Shown here: positions 35,763-49,667 of the stretch, piece after piece | Numbering within the stretch: position 1 is the first letter of the stretch | How the letters are laid out: every line of letters begins with the position of its first letter | NCBI RefSeq assembly: GCF_004010195.1 | Contig: NC_057719.1 | Span: 8,242,224 to 8,306,223, forward strand | Source of the DNA: Chiloscyllium plagiosum | Lineage: Eukaryota | Length of the DNA stretch: 64,000 bases | Reading direction: 5' to 3' | Notes under the pieces: generated by a model | Seen by the model: the letters and a program-made list of their open reading frames with translations, nothing else | The model's database searches: none | What the model was told of the DNA's origin: nothing | Program-made: the position numbers and the translations under genes

Positions 35763-38208
35763 TAATTATACATAGGAGTAATGCACTTCAGTTACAATTG
35801 TTCGCTTTCTGGATCTTCACGGTAGCGTTTGGCATCAGGACCATGAATCAACTCCTTAAATAGCTCCATACGCTATGAAATAGCAGCTGTAATTACCATT
35901 CATGCCTATTGAGGGCATATACCCAGCAAATCCTTGACTCTCACTGGGAGATTGATGGCAAACTCCTTGGTTTTTCCAAGGCCCATGAAGAACGATGTGA
36001 ATTGTCCAGCCATTTGTAAAGGTTCACCACTCGGGACTGTGTCCTTCCATTGTATGTCACCTTCCCTGTTGCTGTTCCAACCGTGGTAAGCTTATGTTTT
36101 GCCTGGAATCAGATTCAAGGAAGGATGTTCTTGGATGTGAATGACCAGCCGGTTGCCTGTTTCATGGGGCAGACTGGGGGCCAAGAGTATGATGGTGACC
36201 TCCTGTGATGGAGCTGTGTTTAACCTGGCCTGTCCCTTTAAGGTTGCTGACAGCAGCAGATAATTGGTTTCAAAAGCGACATCCTGGTAATTGTAACTGG
36301 CTTAAATTTCGAGCTCCAAGAGAAGGGGGTCTGTGAACAAATTAATTGGGTTTCTTTTTTCTCCCTAAGCTCCCTTTGGAACTGTACCAAGGTGTGACAG
36401 GCAGGATCTCTGGAGTGTGGTGGATACCTGTTAGACAGGAGGCAGAATGGCTCAAATAAAGAATGGTAAAGTATACGTAAGAAAAAGAGAGAGAGGAAAA
36501 AATTGGATGAAATGTGACACTACGGGATTCTGTGGCAATGTCCACTCTGAGAAAAAGAACAGGAAATGACATCACCATAGGAAATTACATCACCACAGGA
36601 AATGACATCACCAAGCCAACGAAACCAAAACATATAAATGGACAGCAGGAATCATCAGCAGTGCTTCGTCTGGAGGCTCACTGAAGATGTTACCTAGCGT
36701 GGTGATGAAACATCTGAAAATGAACCTTTCAGCTCAGTGAGCAAACCTACATCCAGAACCTCAACTTGAGCTACAAACCTTCTCAAAACTCGCTAGTGTC
36801 CACTTTGTTTGTCTAGGATAAACTACAATCTGACCCAAATAGTTCAGCATGTGTTGATTACCAAGTGGAGTGATTTGTGTAGACCGCAGCAAAACCCGAA
36901 TGCAGCGACAAAGTCGTGGGATTTAAGTCTGACCCATTGACAGTGTCACCAAGTCTATCCTTCTGAGTAAAAGAGTTCCTAAGGCACTCCACCAATGTTT
37001 GGCGTAGAAGGAGACAAAGTTTGGGAAATGCTTTTATTTTATTCACTTGTGAGATGAGGCTGCCAGTGTGTACTGCCCGTTCCCAGTTTCCCTTCAGAAG
37101 GTGGTACTGAGCTGTCTCTCTGAACGGCTGTAGGCCACCCACTGTAGATGCTGTTCATTAGGGAATTCCAAAACTTTGACCCAGTAGAACTTCCGAAACT
37201 GGTATCGATGGAGAAAAGTTTGGTTCCCTCATGTACACAGACCTTCATTTATATTGCACCCTTTCACAACCTTAGATCTTTGCACTCATTGGAAGTTCTT
37301 GCTAAAATCGAGTCCCAGTTATGAAGTACTATAAACAGTAGGTCAATATGTACACAGCAAGCTCCCACAGACAGCAATGTGACAACAGATCACCTGTTTA
37401 AGTGACAGAAACAGACATTGCTGGAGAAACTTGACAGGCCTGGTGAGGTCTGCTGAGAGAAAGTGAAGATAACATTTGGAGCCCAATGATACTTCATCAG
37501 AATTTCCGAAGAAGGGCTACAGATAAAAAGTTCTGAAGAAGGGTCACTGGATCTGAAACATTAACTCTGTTTCTCTCTCCACAGATGGTGCCAGACCTGC
37601 TGAGTTTTTCTAGCAATTTCTGTTTTTGTTTCAGATTGCCAGCATCTGCATTTCTTTGCTGTAGTTTTACGTTCTAGTGACATTGGTTCAGAGAGACATG
37701 GTGGGCAGGTTATTGGATATAATGCCCTGTGCTTTCTTTTAGAAACAGTGCCATCTTTTACAGTCAGCTGAGAGGGCAGTAGGGACCACTGTTTAACGTC
37801 TCATCTGAAAGAGGACACATCTGACAGTGCAACACTCTCTGAAAACATTCAGTAAAGTGCCCATAGGGGGTTGTTGTACAAAAGTAGGTTTATGGGTTAT
37901 AGGCTGCACATTAGCATGGTTTGAGCATTAGTTAATGGACAGGGTAGTGTAGATTTAGATTTAGATAACTTACAGTGTGGAAACAGGCCCTTTGGCCCAA
38001 CAAATCCACACCGACCCTCCAACGAGCAACCAAACCAGACCAATTCCCCTGCGTTTATTCCTTCACCTAACACTACGGGTAATTTAGCATGGCCAATTCA
38101 CCTAACCTGCACATTTTTGGACTGTGGGAGGAAACCGGAGCACCCAGAGGAAACCCACGCAAGGGTCATTTTTGGGATGTAAGTAGTGGAGTAATACAAG
38201 AATGCATG

Positions 38209-39872
38209 CAAGGTTTGTGAAGGTTTGTAGCTCAGGTTGAGGTTTAGGGTGTAGGTTTGCTCGCTGAGCTGTAGGTTTGATATCCAGATGTTTCATTACC
38301 TGGCTAGGTAACATCATCAGTGGCGACCTCCAAGTGAAGCGAAGCTGTTGTCTCCTGCTTTCTGTTTATGTGTTTGTCCTGGATGGGGTTCCTGGGGTTT
38401 GTGGTGATGTCATTTCCNNNNNNNNNNNNNNNNNNNNNNNNNNNNNNNNNNNNNNNNNNNNNNNNNNNNNNNNNNNNNNNNNNNNNNNNNNNNNNNNNNN
38501 NNNNNNNNNNNNNNNNNNNNNNNNNNNNNNNNNNNNNNNNNNNNNNNNNNNNNNNNNNNNNNNNNNNNNNNNNNNNNNNNNNNNNNNNNNNNNNNNNNNN
38601 NNNNNNNNNNNNNNNNNNNNNNNNNNNNNNNNNNNNNNNNNNNNNNNNNNNNNNNNNNNNNNNNNNNNNNNNNNNNNNNNNNNNNNNNNNNNNNNNNNNN
38701 NNNNNNNNNNNNNNNNNNNNNNNNNNNNNNNNNNNNNNNNNNNNNNNNNNNNNNNNNNNNNNNNNNNNNNNNNNNNNNNNNNNNNNNNNNNNNNNNNNNN
38801 NNNNNNNNNNNNNNNNNNNNNNNNNNNNNNNNNNNNNNNNNNNNNNNNNNNNNNNNNNNNNNNNNNNNNNNNNNNNNNNNNNNNNNNNNNNNNNNNNNNN
38901 NNNNNNNNNNNNNNNNNNNNNNNNNNNNNNNNNNNNNNNNNNNNNNNNNNNNNNNNNNNNNNNNNNNNNNNNNNNNNNNNNNNNNNNNNNNNNNNNNNNN
39001 NNNNNNNNNNNNNNNNNNNNNNNNNNNNNNNNNNNNNNNNNNNNNNNNNNNNNNNNNNNNNNNNNNNNNNNNNNNNNNNNNNNNNNNNNNNNNNNNNNNN
39101 NNNNNNNNNNNNNNNNNNNNNNNNNNNNNNNNNNNNNNNNNNNNNNNNNNNNNNNNNNNNNNNNNNNNNNNNNNNNNNNNNNNNNNNNNNNNNNNNNNNN
39201 NNNNNNNNNNNNNNNNNNNNNNNNNNNNNNNNNNNNNNNNNNNNNNNNNNNNNNNNNNNNNNNNNNNNNNNNNNNNNNNNNNNNNNNNNNNNNNNNNNNN
39301 NNNNNNNNNNNNNNNNNNNNNNNNNNNNNNNNNNNNNNNNNNNNNNNNNNNNNNNNNNNNNNNNNNNNNNNNNNNNNGGGTGTGCCGTTGGTTTGTTTGT
39401 AGATTATGTTGTTGAAGGTGAAGTGGGTGGTGAGGCACAGGTCCACTAGCTTCATGATGTTTTCGCTCAGAATGTGATTGATGGTGGTTGGGGTGGGTGT
39501 GATGGCCTCTTCTAAAAGTGTAGTAAGTGTTTCCTTTGCCAGGTCGATGTTGATGGAGGTGAACAGTGCTGTTACGTCGAATGAAATCATTGTTTAGCCT
39601 GGGCCAGAGAATTCCTAGAGGCCTGGCACTCCAACCACAACGCCATAAACAAACACATAGATCTAGATGCCATCTATCAATCCCTCAGAAAATGAACAGG
39701 AAATGACATCACCACAAACCCCAGGAACCCCATCCAGGACAAACATATAAATAGAAAGCAGGAGACAACAGCTTCGCTTCACTGGGAGGTCGCCACTGAT
39801 GATGTTACCTAGCCGGGTAATGAAATGTCTGGATATCAAACCTACAGCTCAGCGAGCAAACCTACACCCTAA
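38209..39872 (-). mobile_element. Penelope-like element (second family) with inverted terminal repeats; interior mostly gap
   Basis: RT motif MISFDVTALFTSINIDLA...LCLTTHFTFNNIIYKQTNGTP; 13-bp TSD ACAAGAATGCATG at 38196-38208 and 39873-39885; hammerhead motifs at 38284-38323 (-) and 39793-39832 (+). Confidence 0.85.
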
Positions 39873-39994
39873 ACAAGAATGCATGTTCAGTTATTTACAA
39901 ACGATGCCAATGAGATAAATGAGAGGACTGTTCTAATGTATCCAAGGTTGGTGATGACACAAAACTGGTTGGGACAGTGAGCTGTGAGAAAGCC

Positions 39995-40048
<54 letters not shown>

Positions 40049-40685
40049 CACAGGGAGATATCAATAAGATGGATGAATAGGCAAGAATGTGACACGTGGA
40101 ATGTAGTAACAGGGAGCTGTGACAAAATCCACTTTGGAAGGAGGTGGAGAAAACCACAAAATGTTTATATCAAGGGAGAGACTGGGAGTTGCTAACATTC
40201 AATGGGACTTGGATGTCCTAGCAGGTGAAGCATGTCTATTTAGCAAACAGGTCAAAGAGAAAATAAGGAAACGCAAAGATTTGTTGGTTTTAATGAGCTG
40301 GGGATTGCATTGTGAAAGCTGATTTAAGGGCATTAGTCAGAGTACACCTGGTCTTGCAAATTCACTTTCCTTGCTGTTTGCAGTTCACTGAAGGGAAGCC
40401 ACATTGCTCAGGCAGCATGCATTGTTGTAGGCTGGTGTCATAGACAATGTCAGTGGAGGCTCCAATTATTTTACATCTCAAGGCCGGCTCAGAATCTCTC
40501 CCACTCTTCCCAGGGGCTGCAAGCACTGATGAGTTCATTTCCAGCCTGTCTGGTCACATTGTGAATGCCCCATCCTTGACCAGCAATTCCTGGGGTGAGG
40601 CTCAAAACCAGACCTTCTAGTTTCGAGGCAGGGCCACATAACACCTCCTTTGGTCTCCATAGGAGCCTCAAGAAAACTATACTTA

Positions 40686-40907
40686 GCAGGTTTTGAGAAG
40701 ATTTATAGCTCAGGTTGAAGTTCTGGATGTAGGTTTGCTCGCTGAGCTGGAAGGTTCTTTTTCAGACGTTTCGTCGCAATACTAGGTAACATCTTCAGTG
40801 ACCTTCCAGACGAAGCTTCCATCTGGAGGCTCACTGATAATGTTACCTAGTATGGTGACGAAACATCTGAAAATGAACTTTCCAGCTCAGTGAGCAAACC
40901 TGTACCT
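40686..40907. mobile_element. Palindromic Penelope-derived mini-insertion, hammerhead motif in each arm
   Basis: 13-bp TSD AAAACTATACTTA at 40673-40685 and 40908-40920; minus arm UCA-CUGAAGA-U-GUUAC...GCGAC-GAAAC-GUC-UGA. Confidence 0.8.
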
Positions 40908-41044
40908 AAAACTATACTTACTTTAGACAGAGTGCAATGAAGTGTTCTTGAGATGAGAGGATTATCATCTTGGGAGGGATTAAACTAACTAAGCCTATAT
41001 TCCCTGAATCCTGGACATCCAGAGGTAATCTTGGACAGTCTAGG

Positions 41045-42765
41045 GGTGTTGGCAAAGAGGGGGCAGATGTAGGAAAGTGTGAGGTTATACACTTTGGTCG
41101 GAAGTGGTTTAGACTATTTTCTAAACTAGGCAAGTCTTCGGAGATCTGATGCACAAAATGGTTTGGGAATCCTAGTTCAGGATTCTCAAAGGTTAAAATA
41201 CAGGTTCAGTTGGCAGTTAGGAAAATAAATGCAATGTCAGCATTATTTGAAAATTGCTAGAGCACAAAGGCAGAGATGTGCTGCTGAGGCTGTATTTGGT
41301 CGCATTTGGAATATTGTGAACAGTTTTGGGCCCAGTATTTGAGGAAGGATGCGTGCATTGGAGTTGGTCCAGAGGAGGTTTACAAGAGTGATCCCAGGGA
41401 TGATGGGCTTGTCAACATGAGGAGCAGCTGAGTCTGTACTTGATGGAGTTGGAGGGATGATTGAAACTTACAGAGTATTGTGAGGCCTGGATGGAGTGTA
41501 TGTGGAGAGAATGCTTCCACTAGTGGGAGAGACTAGGACTCAAGGGCACAGCCTCAGGTTAAAGAGAGGACCCTTTAGACCTGAGTTAAGGAAGAATTTC
41601 TTCAGCTAGAGGGCAGTGAATTTCTGGAACAGAAGACTGTGGAGGCAAGTCATTGAGCATATTTAAGACAGAGATAGGTAGGTTCTTGATTAGTCAGGGG
41701 GTCAAGGATAATGGGGAAAAGGCAGCAGAATGGGGTTGAGAAATATATCAGCCATGATCGAATGGCAGAACAGACTCAATGGGCAGAATGGCCTAATCCT
41801 GCTCCTATATCTCCTGGTCTTATCTCATTGAAGTAAATAAGCATTCCTGCATGGTTTGGATGCTCGGAACTGGTTGGGGAGTCTAAACTATTGGGCATAA
41901 GGCTAAAGGATCAGCCTTACAACTGATAACTTTGGATCTTTGGAGTCCTCACCTGAGGGTGCAGCTCACAGATCCTTGAAAGTGAAGAAGGCTTTGGGTG
42001 CACTCGCCTTTATTGGTCAGTGCATTGAGTATAGGGGTTGGGAGGTCATGTTGCGGCTGGACATGACATTGGCTAGGCCGCTATTGGAATATTGTGTACA
42101 ATTCTGGTCTAGAGTGATGCTGGAAAAACACAGCAGGTCAGGCAGCATCCGAGGAGCAGGAAAATCGATGTTTCGGGGAAAAGCCTTTCATCAGGAATCT
42201 CCAGCATCCGCAGTTCCCACTTCTGCCTATAATTCTTGTCCCCCTGCCCTCGGAAGGATGTTGTGAAATTTGAAAGGGCTCCGAAAAGATTTACAAGGAT
42301 GTTGCCAGGGTTGGAGGATTTGAGCTATAGGGAGAGACTGAAAAGGCTGGGGCTGTTTTCCCTGGAGCGTCGGAGGCTGAGTGGTAATCTTATAGAGGTT
42401 TACAAAATTATGAGGGGCATGGATAGGATAAATAGGCAAGGTTTTTTTCCCAGGATAGCGGAGTCCAAAACTACAGGATATAGGCTTAGGGTGAGGGGGT
42501 AAGATATTAAAGGGACCAAAGGAACAATGTTTTAACACAGAGAGTGATGTGTGTATGGAATGAGCTGTCAGAGGAAGTGGTGGAGGTTGGTACAATTGCA
42601 ACATTTAAAAGGCACCTGGATGAGAATGTGAAGAGGAAGGGTTTAGAGGGATATGGGCCAAGTGCTGACAAATGGCATAGATTGAGTTAATCTGGTCGGC
42701 ATGGATGAGTTGGACTGAATGGTCTGTTTCTGTGCTGTACGTTTCTATGATTCTATAACTCTATC
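41045..42765 (+). mobile_element. Two CR1-clade 3' fragments, the second interrupted by a short Penelope repeat (~42108-42228)
   Basis: LEYCVQFWS, KRFTRMLPGLEDLSYRERLKRLGLFSLERRRL motifs and tails. Confidence 0.8.
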
Positions 42766-44729
42766 TCAGAAATCAGTCTGGTGCCCAGTCATTGACTTTA
42801 ATCAAGATCAAATTTGAGATATTGAGGGATATGTGAATGGAAGAGTTGTTATCCAACTAAACAGTGAAACAAGCTCAAAGAGTTGAATAGCGTATTCCAG
42901 CTCCTCTGAATGACTGATATGTTTTCTATTTAAAGTGGAGATTGTCTCTGAACAGCACCACCTGGTGGTGAAGTGCCATTAGTGTCCATCTGTCCCATGA
43001 CCATCAATCATTCACTGAGTGAAGGTATGGTGACCTCTCATATTCCAGGGAGTGAGGGGGTTAATCTTCCATTGCTTTGCAGCTAACATCAGAGATTTCA
43101 CAGCTATGAAGCTGACTTTGGAAGATTTTTTTCACAATCAAGTACCACAAATGTGGAATTCTATTCCCAGAAAGGGTGTGGATGGTGTAGAGATGTTGGC
43201 TTTCAGATCTGGAATTGACGGATTTTTGTTGGGGTAAGGATGTTTTAAATATTCATTCAAGGGATATGGGTGTTGCTGGTTGTGCCAGCATTTATTGCCC
43301 ATCCCCAAGGGGCAGATTAGAGTCAACCACATTGCTGTGAGTCTGGAGTCACATGTAGGTCAGACCAGGTAAGGTTTCCTTACCTAAAGAGTATCAGTAG
43401 TCCAGTTTGGTTTTCCCTAACAATGCTGGCCTGGTCTTCATTACTTTGATTTTACACGATTCAAATTTCACCAAATGCTATGGGCAGCATTTGAGCCCTG
43501 ATCCCCAGAACGCCACCTGTGTCCCTGTATTAGTAGTCTCGTGATTGTATCACTTTGCTGAGAGTGTTAGAAGTGAAAAGGGGATAAATGGCATTGAGGT
43601 ACAGGTCAGCTGTGATTTTATTGGTAAGTGGAGCAGGCTCAAGGGGCTGAATGGCCTCCTCCTATTCCACTGTCTCAAGCTCCATGTCTTAGGTTTGGCT
43701 TCCCTATGGAAGTGGGAAGATCCCCCCATAAAAGCCCCCTTTCCAAACTTTGCCAAACACCAGCTCGGCTTCCCACAAGACTGCAGGGGATTACTGGGAG
43801 CAGGAAGCTTGAAGCCAGAGAGTGATTTGAAGTGGAGATGAAAATTTTACAAAATTGATGCCCACCAGGGAATGAGGAGCAAGAAATGAAATGGACTGAT
43901 ACAAGGGACCAAAATTTAAAACATGCAAAAGAGATTTGTCAATCCATGAAACACAAAGCAATATCAAGTCACACCATGGAAAGTTTTAACTATTTTGAAC
44001 ATCTTTCTTCAGTTCCACTTCAGTTGTTAGTTCTAGCGAAGGGTGTAATGCTTCCTAGCCGAGTGAAATCAATCGAGTGAGACATATCGATCACAGCTTT
44101 GGTCTTCTACCCTTGAGTCAGCTTATCTACAACACACAGGAGTAAACAGGAGGCAAGGCGTCCATCAAACAGGCTCCTGTCTCTGCAGCAGTGTCTACTC
44201 TCAGGATTTCGGCTGCTCTTGCTCACTCAGGAAAACTTTCACTCCCATCAAAAAGTTCGACAACACACATTTCAGGCCAAGGTAGACAATAGCCTGACGG
44301 TATTATCACTTGCCTATTAATCCAGAGACACCATTTTGGGGACCTGGGTTTAAATCCTACCATCGCACGTAGAATCATACAGCACAAAACAGATCCTTTG
44401 ACCCAAGTAGTCCATGCTGACCATAATCCCAAACTAAACTAGTCCCACCTATTTGTCCTTGGCTCATCTCCCTCCAAATATTTCTCATTCATGTGCCTAT
44501 CTAAACATTGTAATTGTACCCATATCCACTTCCATGGTGGAATTTGAATTCAATAAGAAAATCTGGAATGAAGAGCTAATTATTTGCTGAGGGAAGTCCA
44601 TCTGGTTCACTTTAGGGGAGGCAATCTGCTGTCTTTACCCGGTCTGGTGTACATGTGACTCCAGACACACAGCCATGTGGTTGACTTTTCCCCCTGAGCC
44701 AGTGACACTTGTGAATAAATGTTTTTAGA

Positions 44730-45950
44730 ATAGAACATTGAACATTACAGCGCAATACAGGCCCTTCAGCCCTCAATGTTGCGTTGACCTGTGGAATTAG
44801 CAGGCAGGGCGTTCCACATCCTTACTACTCTCTGAGTAAAGAACCTACCTCTGACATCTGTCCTATATCTATCACCCCTCAATTTAAAGCTATGTCCCCT
44901 CTTGCTAGCCATCACCATCCGAGGAAAAAGGCTCTCACTGTCCACCCTATCTAACCCTCTGATTATCTTTTATGTCTCAATTAAGTCAACTCTCAACCTT
45001 CTTCTCTCTAACAAAAACAGCCTCAAGTCCCTCAGCCTTTCTTTGTAAGACCTTCCCTCCATACCAGGCAACATCCTAGTAAATCTCCGCTGAACTCTCT
45101 CCAAAGCTTCCACATCCTCCCTATAATGCAATGACCAGAACTGTACACAATACTCCAAGTGTGGCCCCACCAGAGCTATGTACAGCTGCAGCATGACCTC
45201 ATGGTTCTGAAACTCAATTCCTATAACAATAAAAGCTAACATACTGTGTGCCTTTTTAACAACCTTATCAATCTAGGTAGCAACTTTGAGGGATCTATGT
45301 ACCTGGACACCGAGATCAATCTCTTCATCCACACTATCAAGAACCTTACCATTAGCTCAGTACTCTGTATTCCTGTTAATCCTTCCAAAGTGAATCACCT
45401 TCCATTTTTCTGCATTAAACACTATTTGCCACCACACAGCCCAGATCTGCAGCTTATCTATGTCCCTCTGTAACCAACAACATTCTTTGTCACTATCCAC
45501 AATTCCACCGACCTTAGTGTCATCCGCAAATTTGCTAACCCATCCTTCTGCACTCTCATCTAGTAACTGAACTCCAAGACGAATGTTTCCTATCAGCTAG
45601 CCAATTTCTGATCCAAACTGCAAAATCACCCTGAATCCTGTGTGTCCGTATTTTGTGCAATAGCCTACTGTGGGGAGCTTTATCAAATGCAGCAGGTCAG
45701 GCAACATCCAAGGAGCAGGAGAATCGATGTTTCGGGCATCAGTCCTTCTTCAGGAAGGGCTCATGCCCGAAACGTCGATTCTCCTGCTTCTTGGATGCTG
45801 CCTGACCTGCTGCGCTTTTCCAGCAACACATTTTCAGCTCTGATCTCCAGCATCTGCAGTCCTCACTTTCTCCTCGAACTTTATCAAACGCCTTACTGAA
45901 ATCCATATCCACCACTTCAATTGCTTTACCCTCATCCACCTGTTTAGTCA
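44730..45950 (-). mobile_element. CR1 LINE fragment with a nested inverted Penelope repeat (~45690-45878)
   Basis: HLEYCVQFWS...VQRRFTRML and DFSKAFDKV; TSD ctttatcaaa at 45678-45687 and 45879-45888. Confidence 0.8.
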
Positions 45951-46639
45951 CCTTTTAAAAAATGTATCACCGGCTCCCACACGAGTTACCAGAGCCTGAG
46001 GGGGGAAGGCACGTGAATGAGGCAGAGCATTGGGGATGTGATGCAGTGGAATCCCAGCATAGATCATACTTCGGGAATTCTGAAAGACAACAGAGCTGAC
46101 TACCAGGGAAAGTGTAAAACTGAGCAAAAACAAAAGCAGAGATTGCTGGAAAAGCTCAGCAGGTTTGGCAGCAAAAGCTTTATCTGCAAACAAAATGACT
46201 GGGTTTCCAATTGACTGTCACTTCACCACCCCACCCTGTTCCCTGGCCAACATCTCTGTCTCAGGCTTGCTGCAGTGCTCCAGTGTGACTCAGCACAAGC
46301 TGGAAGAACAGGACCTCATTTTCCATTTAGGAACTCTACCGTCTCCTGACCTCAATATCGAGTTCAATAACTTTTGTGCTTGAGCTCTCCCATGTCCTTA
46401 CCCCAAACCTCACACATACCAAGCCTTGTTAATACATAACCTCCAATACACACAATCCATTGTTAGCCACTAATAGTTCACATTAACAGCTATTCACCCT
46501 CTTAGCCAGATCGCTATCCACTCCTTTGTCTGTCCAACTGTTCTTCTCTCTCTTTGGACTCTATCCCCATCTATCATCTACTCCTTACTCCCTCTCCCAA
46601 CCCTATCTTCTGCATATAAACCATCCCCTGAGCCATCCC

Positions 46640-48578
46640 TCCCTGAGCCTAACTTCGGTTGTGGGTAAAGTGTTGGAAAAAGTTATAAGAGATAGGATTT
46701 ATAATCATCGAGAAAGGAATAAGTTGATTAGATTCCCTACACTGTGGAAACAGGCCCTTTGGCCCAACCAGTCCACACCGACCCTCCGAAGAGTAACCCA
46801 CCCAGACCCAATTACCCCCTGACTAATGCACCTAACACTATGGGCAATTTAGCATGGCCAATTCACCTCACCCACACATCTTTGGACTGTGGGAGGAAAC
46901 TCACACAGATATGGGGAGAATGTGCAAACTCCACACAGACAGTTGCCTGAGGCTGGAATTGAACCTGGGACCCTGGTGCTGTGAGGCAGCAGTGTACCCA
47001 TTGAGCCACCATGTATTAAGTCTTGAAAAGGGTAAGTCGTGCCTCATAAACCTTCCTGAGTTCTATGAGAAGATGACCAAACAGGTGTAAAGCAGTTGAG
47101 GTGGTATATATGGATTTCAGTAAAGCATTTGATAAGGTTCCCTACGGAAGGCTATTGCAGAAAATAGGTATAAACAAGGACTGCAGATGCTGGAAACCAG
47201 AGTCGAGATCAGAGTGGTGCTGGTAAAGCACAGCAGGTCAGGCAGCATCTGAGGAGCAGGAAAATTGACGTTTCGGGCAAAAGCCCTTCATCAGGAATAG
47301 AGGCAGGGTGCCTGCAGAGTGGAGAGATAAATGATGGCGGGGGGGGGANNNNNNNNNNNNNNNNNNNNNNNNNNCCTGCAGGCTCCCTCCTGCCTCTATT
47401 CCTGATGAAGGGCTTTTGCCCGAAACGTCGATTTTCCTGCTCCTCGGATGCTGCCTGACCTGCTGTGCTTTTCCAGCACCACTCTAATCTATTGCAGAAA
47501 ATGTAGAGGCATGGGATTGAGGGTGATTTAGTGGTTTGGATCAGAAATTGGCTAGCTGAAAGAAGACAGAGGTTGGTGGTTGATGTAGTTCAGTTACTAG
47601 TGGTGTACCGCAAGGATCTGTTTTGGGGCCACTGCTGTGGGTAATTTTTATAAATGACCTGGTTGAGGGCGTGGAAGGCTGGTTTAGTAAATTTGTGGAT
47701 GACACTAAGGTCGGTGGATAGTGCTGAAGGATGTTGTAGGTTACAGAAGGGAATAGATAATTTGCAGAGATGGGCTGAGATGTAGCAAATGGAGTTTAAT
47801 GTTGGAAAGTATGAAGTGATTCACTTTGGAAGGAGTAACAGGAATACAGAGTACTGGGCTAATGGTAGGATTCTTGGTAGTGTAGATGAGCAGGGAGATC
47901 TCGATGTCCAGGTACATAGATCCCTGAAAGCTGTCACCCGGGTTGGTTGGGCAGTTAAGAAGGCATACGGTGTGTTAGCTTTTATTAGTAGAGGGATTGA
48001 GTTTCAGAACCATGAGGTCCTGCTGCAGCTGTACAAAACTCTGGTGCGGCCGCACTTGGAGTATTGCATACAGTTCTGGTCACCGCATTATAGGAAGGAT
48101 GTGGAGGCTTTGGAAACGGTTCAGAGGAGATTTACCAGGATGTTACCTGGTATGGAGGGAAGGTCTTACAAGGAAAGAGTGAGGGACTTGAGGCTGTTTT
48201 CATTGGAGAGAAGAAGGTTGAGAGTTGACTTAATTGAAACATATAAGATAAACAGAGGGTTAGATAGGGTGGACAGTGAGAGCCTTTTTCCTCGGATGGT
48301 GATGGCGAGCACGAGGGGACATAGCTTTAAATTGAGGGGTGATAGATATTGGACAGATGTCAGAAGTAGGTTCTTTACTCAGAGAGTAGTAAGGATGTGG
48401 AATGCACTGCCTGCAACAGTAGTAGATTCGCCAACTTTATGGGCATTTAAATGGTCATTGGATAGACATATGGATGATAATGGAATAGTGTAGGTTAGAT
48501 GGGCTTTAGATTGGTTCCACAGGTTGGTGCAACATCGAGGGCTGAAGGGCCTGTACTGCGCTGTAATGTTCTATGTTC
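46640..48578 (+). mobile_element. CR1 LINE RT-to-tail, with nested SINE (~46728-47012, -) and inverted Penelope repeat (47166-47488)
   Basis: [21 protein letters not shown], 234-aa ORF 47789-48493; 14-bp TSD CTATTGCAGAAAAT at 47152-47165 and 47489-47502. Confidence 0.9.
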
Positions 48579-49667
48579 TAAACTGACATTTTCCTAACTA
48601 CCATCAGTTTAAGGAAGGGTCATCTGACCCAAACGTTAACTCTGATTTCTCTCTGCAGATGCTACCAGACCCGCTGAGCTTTTCCAGCAATTTCTGTTTT
48701 TGTTTCCGATTTCCAGCATCTGCAGTTCTTTCAGTTTTTACTGGAGTGTAAAACTGGCCCATTGCTACATTACTACTTGGCTTACATCACCAGCTGTGAC
48801 CAATTGCACACCCAGCCTCAAACGATGCATTTTCATTCCAACTTTGGTATAACATAACTTTCCTTTTCCATCCCCCGACTCCTTTCCCAGCCCCTCCCCC
48901 TCCCTTCCACTCCTCCCTGCCACCAACCATTTCCATTCGTCCCATTGACCAACCAGGTCGTACCCTCTACCTGTCTTCACCTATCCCCACTTCACCACCC
49001 TGTCCCGGCCACCCCCTTTATCTGCAGCTCGCCCTACACCCACCCCCAGTCCTGAAGAAGGATTACACCTGAAATGTTGACTTCTCCACCTCCTGATGCT
49101 GCCTGCCTTGCTGTGTTCCTCCAGCCTCCTGTCTGTCCCTCCTGATGCTGCCTGACTTGCTGTGTTCCTCCAGACTCCTGCCTGTTCCTCCTGATGCTGC
49201 CTGGCTTGCTGTGTTCCTCCAGCCTCCTGCCTGTCCCTCCTGATGCTGCCTGGCTTACTGTGCTCCCCCAGCCTCCTCCTTGTCTCCCTTGGATTCTAGC
49301 ATCTACAGTTTTTTTAAGTCTCTGACATTGTAAAAGCAATTTGGGTTCTGCTTGAAGTTGTCTGTCACTATGATTTGCCAAGGAACAGTGAAAATTGACC
49401 AAGGAATTAATATTTTAATTAATGGAAAACACATTTGAAAATATTAATGCTTTAGCTTGGAAAGTGAATGTACAGAACTGAGAACAATCTCAAGGAGTCT
49501 TGTCACATCAGATGACATTAAACCAAGACCCAATCAGGACTCTCAAGAGAATGTTAACAATCCCATCACACACTTTTTAAAGCAGATTAGAGTGTGTCGT
49601 GACTAATGCTCATACATTACAAAAAAAATGGATTCTCCCTCTGAGGGGAAATGTCTGTAAAGACCAA

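Noticed and set aside
47789..48493. 234-aa ORF (and 58816-59475, 31399-32298) as host genes
   Set aside because: Fragments of CR1 ORF2 or L1 endonuclease within decayed elements.
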